A model generated the notes under the pieces. That model made no database searches and was not told the DNA's origin. It saw only the letters and a program-made list of their open reading frames with translations. A DNA stretch of 64,000 nucleotides from Ignavibacteriota bacterium. Its GTDB lineage: Bacteria; Bacteroidota; Ignavibacteria; Palsa-1295. Below are positions 37,160 to 45,641 of this stretch, one piece after another. The stretch covers positions 800,001-864,000 of the forward strand of contig CAWBEI010000002.1 of NCBI GenBank assembly GCA_963787835.1, given 5' to 3'. Position 1 is the first letter of the stretch; each line of letters begins with the position of its first letter. The position numbers and the translations under genes are program-made.

Positions 37160-37257
37160 TATTCCTATCACACCAGTTTGCGAACTGAATCAGAAATGCT
37201 TGCGTTTCCGTAATAGGTGTGGCATCTCGCATTTCACGAGTAAGGCATTAAACTGCG

Positions 37258-37893
37258 ATGAAGAAACATAGAGGTTTTATTCTGTTGATAGCAGCTGCAG
37301 TCTCTTCGTGTGGAACCCATTCTATCGAACCACCTGCCACTCCTGTTCATTCGTTTCCACAGACCTTTAGTCAAATCTCGATAAGTTACCAAAACATTCC
37401 AACACATTGGCAGGAAGGGACGTATTCCTGGAATCCGTATGGCAGCAACACCGGCGGAGATGCTGGTAATGAATTACTCACGTTTACATCAAACTATTCT
37501 TTCTCTGCGTCCGATTTTCATGAACAGAACGATACTACTTCTGCTAGCGGGTTCCAGTGGGTTTTGGGGTCGGGAGGAGATACGCTCTCGGAGCTGCAGC
37601 TTTCAGGAGGGGGACCGTCAGTTCCGAATCCAGACGGAAAGTATGAATGGCCAGCACTTTATGAGAATCAGTTGACACTGAAACTCCGGCATCTTGTCTT
37701 TAACGCCGATTCTATGAATCGATATATAGTTTCACTCGCGGGTTCCTCACTAAACGAAACTTTACAAAATCTGGAGATCCAAAAGGGCGCGTCGGAGGAA
37801 AGCGAAATGTTTGGCGAAACGGACACTCTCATAGATCTTTATACAGGTAGCCCAACTGATAGCTCTTCGATTACAATAACATTCACACCCTAA
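37258..37893 (+). CDS. Hypothetical lipoprotein
   Basis: Lipobox VSSC after a hydrophobic stretch. Confidence 0.7.
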   Translation: MKKHRGFILLIAAAVSSCGTHSIEPPATPVHSFPQTFSQISISYQNIPTHWQEGTYSWNPYGSNTGGDAGNELLTFTSNYSFSASDFHEQNDTTSASGFQWVLGSGGDTLSELQLSGGGPSVPNPDGKYEWPALYENQLTLKLRHLVFNADSMNRYIVSLAGSSLNETLQNLEIQKGASEESEMFGETDTLIDLYTGSPTDSSSITITFTP

Positions 37894-38034
37894 GTGAAAT
37901 AGGCTTCGTTTCCATCAACACTCGCTCCGAGCCAGACGGATGCTAAAAAGCGTTCTTTCCTAATACACACGAAAGCGCGACCTCGAAGTTTATCGTCCTT
38001 CACTGATAAACGTCTTCAATTCTAAATATTCCCT

Positions 38035-38110
38035 CGCGTAGGTCGGCGCTTCCAGCCCGATCGTCGCGGTTATGCAAACTCGGCGTCGGGCTGAAAACCC
38101 GACCTACGCG
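38035..38110. repeat. Inverted GTAG-REP pair
   Basis: CGCGTAGGTCGG...CAGCCCGA / TCGGGCTG...CCGACCTACGCG. Confidence 0.75.
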
Positions 38111-38161
38111 GTCCGCCTTCCTTTCATACTTCATCCCTCATCCTTAATCCTTCCCCAATAA

Positions 38162-38743
38162 ATGTCTACCTTTACCAGCCCCGTTGCGCTTACGGATTTT
38201 CAGACGTATCTCAAAGATGCGTCCACCGATACGACCGTAACGGGATTTTTCCAAACCTGCCTGAACGCCGCGACCGAAGCGGTCTATACCTGGCTCGACC
38301 GCGATTACACTGCCAGCGCCAATAAGACGGACGTCTTCTGGGGCGACGGCACCGCGTTCCACAGCCTGCGCCATCAAGCAGGGTCGCTTACGGCGTGGAG
38401 TTACACCGATCTTTCGGGAACGGTTACCACTCCCGGCACGAGCGATCTCCTCATTCGGGCCAATGGCTATCTTCTGCAAACGCTCACGCACCGGTTTGCG
38501 CGCGAAGCCGAGCATACGCTGACGTATGCCCAGCCATCTACACTGACGTGCCCCGAAGCGGTGCGGCAAGTCATCACCGAAATTGCGGCACTGCTGTATC
38601 AATCGAGCAATCAGGGCGAAGGCTCGCTCGGAATGCTTATTGCCTCTGCGCACGACAGCACTTCCACCGACCGCGAGCGATTCCTCGATCTCTCGCAATT
38701 GCATAAAGATATGCTGCGGCCGTATAAACGATACCCAGTGTAG
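38162..38743 (+). CDS. Putative head-tail adaptor (HK97 gp6/phiE125 gp8-like)
   Basis: VALTDFQTYLK..., LNAATEAVYTWLDR, PEAVRQVITEIAALLY, MLRPYKR; located after the capsid gene. Confidence 0.75.
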   Translation: MSTFTSPVALTDFQTYLKDASTDTTVTGFFQTCLNAATEAVYTWLDRDYTASANKTDVFWGDGTAFHSLRHQAGSLTAWSYTDLSGTVTTPGTSDLLIRANGYLLQTLTHRFAREAEHTLTYAQPSTLTCPEAVRQVITEIAALLYQSSNQGEGSLGMLIASAHDSTSTDRERFLDLSQLHKDMLRPYKRYPV

Positions 38744-38841
38744 TGGATAGTTTTAGAGTGGACAGTGGATAGTTGGCGAAACTCATATCAAACTTTCACA
38801 ACATTTACCATCCACTTTTCACTATACACTATCAACTATCT
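38741..38841. repeat. Inverted heptamer (AGTGGAT/ATCCACT) hairpin
   Basis: TAGTGGATAG..GAGTGGACAGTGGATAGTTG ... CCATCCACTTTTCACTATACACTATCAACTAT. Confidence 0.65.
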
Positions 38842-38843
38842 CC

Positions 38844-39293
38844 ATGACCCGAGAACTTTTATTTAACACATCCTTCGAGCCGCAGCTTGCGGCGCTTACT
38901 TCGTGGAAGTCGCTTGTCCCGGTGCAGGGCGCGCTTGCCAGCACGTTCGCGCCCAGCGATTATCCCGGCTTCGAGATGATTCCCGGCGAAGCGAAATACA
39001 ACACATTCGATAGCTTCGGACATCCCGTGAGCGGTGTGCAGGCATTTACCGTCCGCGTGCATTTCGCACACGCCCAGCTTGCCGTTGTTGCTGTGCGCGC
39101 ACTGCGCTCCGCAGATGTATCCCTCATCGAAGCATTCTTCGCCGGCGGATACGTCCTGCCGCCGGTCTCGCCCGGTGACGTAGCCCGCATCGATAGCGCC
39201 ACGCTCCTCAAGATCGACCCTCCCATGCTCAGCAAAACCGCCACGCGATCGAGCATCGCAGTGCAGGCGGAATATTCCTTCACCATATTTTAA
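38844..39293 (+). CDS. Hypothetical phage protein, possible neck/tail-completion protein
   Basis: About 150 aa, position after the adaptor, co-oriented; no diagnostic motif. Confidence 0.5.
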   Translation: MTRELLFNTSFEPQLAALTSWKSLVPVQGALASTFAPSDYPGFEMIPGEAKYNTFDSFGHPVSGVQAFTVRVHFAHAQLAVVAVRALRSADVSLIEAFFAGGYVLPPVSPGDVARIDSATLLKIDPPMLSKTATRSSIAVQAEYSFTIF

Positions 39294-39296
39294 CTA

Positions 39297-39435
39297 TCTG
39301 AACCTGGATTACGCGGATGATGCGGATTACACAGATAGAGAGTGTTTATTATAAGCTGTAGTGTACTCATCTCTCTTGCGTTTGCTCAAATATATTCGCG
39401 TCATCCGCTCCCATCCGCGTAATCCAGGTTCAGAC
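39297..39435. repeat. TCTGAACC...GGTTCAGA palindromic element, full copy
   Basis: TCTGAACCTGGATTACGCGGATG ... CATCCGCGTAATCCAGGTTCAGA, 23-bp perfect arms. Confidence 0.8.
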
Positions 39436-39440
39436 TCCCC

Positions 39441-39884
39441 ATGACCAACCTCTACCTACAATACCGAACATCGCCCTCCGATCCGTGGACTTCCGTTCCC
39501 GACCTCACCGCCGCGTTCCCAAGTGTGCCTGTTGGCGCGTTGCCGATTCAGTCCGTTAAGATCACCAGCGAACCGGAATCCGTTACGCCGGGCGTCAGTG
39601 AATTCCAGGAATGGCTCCCATTCCCCGGCGATTCTGGCGCAGATACCTACCTCATTCTCCGAGCTTCATGCCCGCCCATTCCACTCGCGCTCGAAGCGAG
39701 CATTATCACATTCCTCATTAATTATAAATCCGCAGAATACCAGCAAGTGAAGTACGCCACTTACGGCCAAGGCGGATTCATCACTGCATCGCTCTCGCTT
39801 ATCGAAGCAAAGGAGCGGCATGGCTCACTGCATTTATCGTTCCGGCTGGCGGCTGCGATGGCGGATGCGTTAACGAACGAATAA
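39441..39884 (+). CDS. Hypothetical protein in the phage-like module
   Basis: 147-aa co-oriented ORF with a clear ATG. Confidence 0.5.
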   Translation: MTNLYLQYRTSPSDPWTSVPDLTAAFPSVPVGALPIQSVKITSEPESVTPGVSEFQEWLPFPGDSGADTYLILRASCPPIPLALEASIITFLINYKSAEYQQVKYATYGQGGFITASLSLIEAKERHGSLHLSFRLAAAMADALTNE

Positions 39885-39963
39885 AAGTAATAAGGTAAGA
39901 AGTAAAAAGTAACAAGTAAGAAGTTTATTCCCTTTTACTTCTTACCTGTTACTTCTTATTTCT
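39885..39963. repeat. Inverted heptamer (AAGTAAG/CTTACTT) hairpin
   Basis: AAGTAATAAGGTAAGAAGTAAAAAGTAACAAGTAAGAAG ... TTTTACTTCTTACCTGTTACTTCTTATTTCT. Confidence 0.7.
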
Positions 39964-39981
39964 ATTCCCAATCCCAAAATA

Positions 39982-40605
39982 ATGATTATATCAACGCTAT
40001 TATTATATATTCACCTCACTTCTCCCACGCTGATCGAGCAAACAACTTCCCAATTTCTCACTTCCGATTCCCTCTCTGCTAACGAGACCATCCTCATTCC
40101 TTTCCGCAACGAGATCGAACACGCGGCAAAAGAAAACGTGCTTCCCGCTTCGCTGATCGCAGCGGTCATTCAAGAAGAATCCCGATTCAATGAGTGGGCT
40201 ACACGCGCGGAACCGCGATATTTGCAAAGCCGGAAAGTCCGCAGATTGGCTGCGCGATTTGCGCGCGCGCATCGGCTTGGGCCGACGGCTTTCACCGAAC
40301 TCGTCGATCGTTCTCGCTCGTACGGCCTGATGCAGGTCATGGGTGAGACCGCGCGGGAGCAGGGCTTCGATCCTCCGTTCCTGGCGGAACTATATCTTCC
40401 GCACAACGCCATCGCGCACGGCGCGATGCTTCTCAAACGATTGCTGAAACGGTATCGTAACGATACGCTCTCGGCCATCAGCGCATACAATCAGGGTTCC
40501 GCGCATAAAAAGCGCGGCGTGTTCGCGAATGCGCGGTATGTCTATCGCGTCACGATCGCATGGCGAAGTTATGCAGCACTTTTTAAAAACGGAGGCACGC
40601 AATGA
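39982..40605 (+). CDS. Lytic transglycosylase (SLT domain), putative endolysin
   Basis: IAAVIQEESRFN (catalytic Glu), SYGLMQV, AISAYNQG, YVYRV. Confidence 0.9.
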   Translation: MIISTLLLYIHLTSPTLIEQTTSQFLTSDSLSANETILIPFRNEIEHAAKENVLPASLIAAVIQEESRFNEWATRAEPRYLQSRKVRRLAARFARAHRLGPTAFTELVDRSRSYGLMQVMGETAREQGFDPPFLAELYLPHNAIAHGAMLLKRLLKRYRNDTLSAISAYNQGSAHKKRGVFANARYVYRVTIAWRSYAALFKNGGTQ

Positions 40606-41105
40606 CCATAAAATGGCAAGACGCCGCGCTCCTCCTCGTTGCCATGTTCCTTTTAGGATGGCTGCTCTCGTTCGGGCGACAAACATCCGGCGAAAGCACG
40701 ATCCAGGAAAAAGAGATCGTCCGCGAGCACTACGATTCAGCCCATAGCGTGGTGTATGTCCCTTTGCGGCCAGTGGATGTAACGGGAACTTCAAACCACA
40801 TCAAAACTCTCACGGTACACGATACGGTCTATCGCGAAGCATGTCTTGATACGCTTATCACTGCAGATACTACGGCCATTGCTCCGGATACACTTTCCGT
40901 CTGCTATGTGCAGGATACGTTTTCCGTAGCCGTGGGCTTTAGCCCACGGCGAAAGAACGTCGCCATTCCCTACATCGCGCACGATACTTTTTACTGGCAC
41001 GAACACTCCTCGCCGGCCTACGAAGGCAAACCCCGCGCATGGTATGACGATGCGCTGCTCGTCATTATCTCCCTCGCCGCAGGAATTATTGTGGGAAAGT
41101 TGTAG
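40602..41105 (+). CDS. Membrane protein with N- and C-terminal TM segments, candidate lysis accessory (spanin/holin-like)
   Basis: ATGA overlap with the SLT gene; two terminal hydrophobic helices. Confidence 0.5.
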   Translation: MTIKWQDAALLLVAMFLLGWLLSFGRQTSGESTIQEKEIVREHYDSAHSVVYVPLRPVDVTGTSNHIKTLTVHDTVYREACLDTLITADTTAIAPDTLSVCYVQDTFSVAVGFSPRRKNVAIPYIAHDTFYWHEHSSPAYEGKPRAWYDDALLVIISLAAGIIVGKL

Positions 41106-41108
41106 CCT

Positions 41109-41139
41109 ACTCCCCCTCCTCTGAAAGAGGAAGGGGAGT
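41109..41139. terminator. Hairpin between convergent genes (CCCCTCC-family element)
   Basis: ACTCCCCCTCCTCT GAA AGAGGAAGGGGAGT followed by TTT. Confidence 0.6.
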
Positions 41140-41157
41140 TTTATTGAGAGGAATTAA

Positions 41158-44100
41158 CTACTCTTTCGACAGCACGAACTGACGGATGACGGTAACTCCG
41201 TTCACGGTGATGCGCGCGAAGTAGGCGCCTTCGGTCATCTGGTCCGTCGGAATGGCAAGCACATGGTCGCCGGTTTCGAACGGGCCATCCACGAGGGTTT
41301 CGACGGAATGGCCGAGCATGTCGAGGATGTCTGCCGTGACATTCGCCGATACGTTCGTCGTGAAGTGCAGCGTGGCCTCACTGCTGCCTTTATGCGCCGG
41401 ATTCGGAACGACCTGAATGCCGCTCACGGTCTGCAACGTTCCCAAAAGATCGCGCTGGAGTGGAAGCGCTCCGCATCCGGAGTTGTCGATGCAGATATTT
41501 GCAGAGTCCCCTGAGGCGCTGAGCGCCGTCAGGCTACATGCCGCGTACATCGAATCGTTAAACAGCGGATTCGTGATCTTCGCCGTACTCGTATTCGAAT
41601 CACTGACTGCGCCAAGCTGTGTCAGCTTGAGAAGCGTCGTGTTTGCAGGAAGGCCCGAAGTTCCTGAGTACGTCATCGTAACGTGGATACCATCCGGTTT
41701 ATCAGTCAACGTGGCAGTCCACCCCGCCGGCAGATTACCAAGCTGCTGTGGATTGAACAGCAGGTTCCCATCATAGCTGATGACGAACGTCAGTGTGGTG
41801 ATGTTCATCGAATCCGGGATCGGATCATGCAGGATGACATCGAACTCCTTTTGGTCCGTATCGTTCGGAAGGATACACGTATTCGTCGGGCTGGTAACGC
41901 CGATGTGAACCGTATCTACCGAGCCATTGATCTGGCCATACACCGTAAAGGTATCCTGAGCAGACGTGCCATTGATCGAATAATTAATAGTAACCAGTGC
42001 GGAATTTCCACCGGACTGATTGGGATCGAATATAACTCCACCGGTGAACGGTATTGCCCCGGACGTGGGAGTTTTTGGCGTGAATCGACCGGAGCCAGTA
42101 ACGCTGACACTGTTAACCGATCCCGTTACCCCACCGTCGCTGATATCGAACGTCATCTGTCCGAGATTACACGGCGTTGTAACGATCGTAGCGTTGCTCG
42201 GATCCAGAGTAATGCTGAACACCCCACCCGTCGGGGCGCAACTGGTGTCGGTGAAGCTATACTGTACGCTATCGGTGGTTCCATCGGAGTTCGTAAGAAC
42301 GACCCAGCCCGAAATAGTACCAACGCTCGTCGGCATATAGGTCACGTTGAACGTTTGGGATCTACCACTATCTATCGTTGCAGTTTGCGGGGTTACGGTC
42401 ACCTGAGAGTTCCCGGTTGAAACACTCTTGATGTTATACACATAGCATGTACCCGTGTTCGTAAGTGAGAACGTTTCGCCAACCATCGCAGAGTCGCAGA
42501 TGGTCGCGCTTGGGATGGGCGTTACCGTATAGCCCGGAACCGGTGGAATGATGTTAGCCGTGAGGAACACCGTATCGAACGTGCAATTATTGCCCGTGGG
42601 GTCACAGACCTGAAGGATCACCATATCCGAAATAGCTCCGGTCACGCCGCACGCCGATGGATCGAAACATATTGTATCTGGATTGACCGGTCCTCCAACC
42701 ACCATAGAAGCCGAAGATGGCCCTGTCATTGTAAAGCAGCTATGCTGCGGCGGCGATTTCACGCTGATCTGAATCGTACCGCACGATGCATTCGAGAACG
42801 TATCGATCAGGCACGTTTGCGGCGAGCATTGCTGAACGGAACCGAAGTTGAGCGTCGTCGATGTTTCGCTTGCCGTTGCCAGATTCGTGCTCACTGCTCT
42901 TAGGCCAGAGGTAAGCTGCCCGGCCTCCATAAGCGTAGCCACAACGCTGCCGGTATCCGTACCACCACTGCCGCTGCCGCATCGCGGTAAAAATCCAACG
43001 AGGAACGATACCTGACGATTGGCCAGAAGAATGTAGGGCAATTGGATCGTGGATATATCGATAAAGAAGTTGGAACCTGGTGAATTACTCAGCGTGATCG
43101 CCGTGATCGTATCGGCCTTACAACCAGCCGAAATAGTGACCGTCTTTTCTTCCGTCGAGTCACAGCAATTCACAAAACCGAAATTGACAAGATTGGGCGT
43201 CATGCCGGCCACGGTAGCCAGGGCTCCGCTTGTCAAGGAGATCGTGTCAAGCAGCGTATCGCTTGCGAACGCAGCGCAATCGCTGCCAATGGCGCAACTA
43301 TTGTTCGATGAAAAAGTACCGGCGATGGTATAAGGAAAAGTGATAAACGCCTTGCTCGTGCCTGCCTGACAATTGATGTCGATCGTTAGCGGAACGTGTT
43401 GGCCTGGTGGAAGTGTGATCGGGAAGTGGAGCGGCGGGTGTGTATTACTATCCAGCGTAAAGTTCTTAGCCGAAGCATTATTGCCTCTAAATATGGGAGA
43501 CTCCAGCGTGATCGTGTCACACGTGGTATTGACAAAAAAGATCGTCGTATCTGCCGGAACGGTGCAGCAACTTGCGGCAGTGATATTGAATCCGCGGAAC
43601 GAAGGTTTCACCTCCGTGCTCGTCTCTCCGACAACGAAGACGGAATTCGTCGTGCCGGTTTTCGAACCATCGGACGTATGCCAATTGATCGAGAACGATG
43701 CATCGCAGCTCGAAACCTTCAGGCCCGGTACATACGCAATACAAAAATTCCATGAATCTCCGGGGCTAAGCGTGATGGGCCCATTGGCGAGATCGCAGCA
43801 TCCAATGAGCTGCAACTGGCACGCACATTTCGAATCTTCGCTGGTGTTACAGTTATCGAGGATGATGGTGTTACAGCTCGAATTCGTGAGCACGAGGCAG
43901 GTGTCTATTTCCGGAGCACAGGCCGGTCCCTGCATCGTGATCGTTCCGGAAACATCGAACTGAGGGTTCGCGGCTACGCCAGCACCACCCATACTGATGA
44001 CCGTATCGACCGTCTTCCCGCTATCGAGGAAGGAAAGTGTAATAGATGCGGTATCCGATAGATCGGAGGTCGGCTGGAACTGAAGGTCAACGGAGATCGG

Positions 44101-45426
44101 GGTACTGATGCCCGAGACGCAAAGAGGAGCAGGCGAGGGCGCCGAAGGAACCGCCGCTATCGTATCGACGATGTTCGTAAGGCGCTGAACCGTAGCGCCG
44201 GTGAGCGTAGGACTGTTAGCGCAATTGCATCCAAAAATATGGATCTGCGTGTCCGAAGTCGTCATACACGCGGCATTAGTAAATTCCACGGTCAGTGGCC
44301 AGACATGAATATCGGGAGTAGCCGGGCGTTTGAGTTTGTAAACAGAGTCACTCGTGAAACTCCAGACCGTGGAGGGTGACACATAAAAGCGTGTATTGAC
44401 ACCCGGCGCCGGCGAAGATGGGATATTGGCCCACGACGCGCCCTCATTCGTGGAGAACCACAATCCGAGCAGGCCGTTATGCGAAGTAGCAAAGATCGAA
44501 CACCCGTCGCCGGCCATGTCTTGGGTCAGGGTATCGCCGGTCCCTTTATAATTCGAAAGTGGCCCGAACGAATATCCGGCATTATCCGAGCGAAGGATCG
44601 ATTCCGTTTGCCCGAGGCAGTTATTGCCTGTCGAAGTGAAAAAGGTCTCGGTCGTTGGAATACCCAACGGCTGCCAGGTCTCGGTGAACATGCGGCCTTT
44701 AGCCCAGGTGAGGCCGTCGTCGGTCGTCAGCAACCAATAATAGGTATGCTGTCCGTCGTTACAGACAGTTCCCTCCGTCGCAACGAGGCCGAAACCGTTC
44801 CCATTGAAGGCGAAGCCCGTATAGTTCTTTCCGGTATCGATCACGGACCACGTTTTACCTTCATCGTCGGACACGACAAGCCCCCGATCGATCGTCGAAA
44901 CATAGAGTCTGCTGGTATTATTATCATAATAAATTCCCCTGCCGCTGTCGGGGGTTCCGGTATTATCGTCCCACGTCCAAGTCGAGCCGCCATTGGTCGT
45001 AATGAGGATCCCGGCATCGGGAACGTTTGCTCCCGGCCAGACCACGCTATCGACCACCGCAAAGCCTTTCATACCGCCTTGCTCGAATGTAATATCGTTC
45101 ACATATCCCGTAGGGAACGTGGATGGAAGATTATGGTTTGGGCTGACGATCGTTGCACGCGTCCAGGAAGTTCCAGTGTTCGTCGTGTACCAGATACCTG
45201 TATCGTCCCCCACGAAACCGCTCGTCGGCGCGCCTACCGCATCGAGAAATTTAACGATGTGGATCTGGTTGTAGAACTTTTGCGCGACTGGAGTCCACGA
45301 ATTCGGCAGCATGACTTGTGCCGAAGCCGTTTCCGCGAACGCAAAAAGAAGAACGAAGAAAGGAAGGAGGTTACGAAGGGATCGAAAGGAGAAAGGTCGT
45401 AAGAGTTTATTCATATTGAGACCCAC
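41158..45426 (-). CDS. Large secreted Cys-rich protein: BNR propeller, tandem Ig-like repeats, cohesin-like domain, T9SS CTD
   Basis: Signal peptide, T.NGG.TW/SDDEGKTW BNR repeats, LNFGSV Ig repeats, VPNP...DMLG...GAYF CTD. Confidence 0.85.
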   Translation of the reverse strand: MGLNMNKLLRPFSFRSLRNLLPFFVLLFAFAETASAQVMLPNSWTPVAQKFYNQIHIVKFLDAVGAPTSGFVGDDTGIWYTTNTGTSWTRATIVSPNHNLPSTFPTGYVNDITFEQGGMKGFAVVDSVVWPGANVPDAGILITTNGGSTWTWDDNTGTPDSGRGIYYDNNTSRLYVSTIDRGLVVSDDEGKTWSVIDTGKNYTGFAFNGNGFGLVATEGTVCNDGQHTYYWLLTTDDGLTWAKGRMFTETWQPLGIPTTETFFTSTGNNCLGQTESILRSDNAGYSFGPLSNYKGTGDTLTQDMAGDGCSIFATSHNGLLGLWFSTNEGASWANIPSSPAPGVNTRFYVSPSTVWSFTSDSVYKLKRPATPDIHVWPLTVEFTNAACMTTSDTQIHIFGCNCANSPTLTGATVQRLTNIVDTIAAVPSAPSPAPLCVSGISTPISVDLQFQPTSDLSDTASITLSFLDSGKTVDTVISMGGAGVAANPQFDVSGTITMQGPACAPEIDTCLVLTNSSCNTIILDNCNTSEDSKCACQLQLIGCCDLANGPITLSPGDSWNFCIAYVPGLKVSSCDASFSINWHTSDGSKTGTTNSVFVVGETSTEVKPSFRGFNITAASCCTVPADTTIFFVNTTCDTITLESPIFRGNNASAKNFTLDSNTHPPLHFPITLPPGQHVPLTIDINCQAGTSKAFITFPYTIAGTFSSNNSCAIGSDCAAFASDTLLDTISLTSGALATVAGMTPNLVNFGFVNCCDSTEEKTVTISAGCKADTITAITLSNSPGSNFFIDISTIQLPYILLANRQVSFLVGFLPRCGSGSGGTDTGSVVATLMEAGQLTSGLRAVSTNLATASETSTTLNFGSVQQCSPQTCLIDTFSNASCGTIQISVKSPPQHSCFTMTGPSSASMVVGGPVNPDTICFDPSACGVTGAISDMVILQVCDPTGNNCTFDTVFLTANIIPPVPGYTVTPIPSATICDSAMVGETFSLTNTGTCYVYNIKSVSTGNSQVTVTPQTATIDSGRSQTFNVTYMPTSVGTISGWVVLTNSDGTTDSVQYSFTDTSCAPTGGVFSITLDPSNATIVTTPCNLGQMTFDISDGGVTGSVNSVSVTGSGRFTPKTPTSGAIPFTGGVIFDPNQSGGNSALVTINYSINGTSAQDTFTVYGQINGSVDTVHIGVTSPTNTCILPNDTDQKEFDVILHDPIPDSMNITTLTFVISYDGNLLFNPQQLGNLPAGWTATLTDKPDGIHVTMTYSGTSGLPANTTLLKLTQLGAVSDSNTSTAKITNPLFNDSMYAACSLTALSASGDSANICIDNSGCGALPLQRDLLGTLQTVSGIQVVPNPAHKGSSEATLHFTTNVSANVTADILDMLGHSVETLVDGPFETGDHVLAIPTDQMTEGAYFARITVNGVTVIRQFVLSKE

Positions 45427-45540
45427 ACTATTGCCTGGGTGATAAATAAGTAGGAATCCGTCCGCCCCAGGTCACGCGAAAGCACCCTAAGAGCAACACC
45501 AACCACGAGGAAATTGATTTCCCCCCGCAAAGATGGATTA

Positions 45541-45548
45541 CAAATATA
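45541..45548 (-). promoter_or_regulatory. TAnnTTTG promoter element
   Basis: TATATTTG on the minus strand about 115 bp upstream of the 1422-aa gene. Confidence 0.45.
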
Positions 45549-45641
45549 CGGATTTTCCACGCCACTCGCGGCTAAATCGGGCTTCGCTCAAGGCTACATT
45601 AAGCTTCGGTCCCATGAACTTTTGCCCTATCCGTCCCGCTT

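Noticed and set aside
23306-39435. Integron cassette array
   Set aside because: No tyrosine recombinase in the window, cargo lies in both orientations, and the flanking palindromes belong to several unrelated families instead of one attC type.
22693-41105. Complete inducible prophage
   Set aside because: No integrase, repressor, replication or tail genes, and no att pair seen; structural genes are separated by host-type genes.
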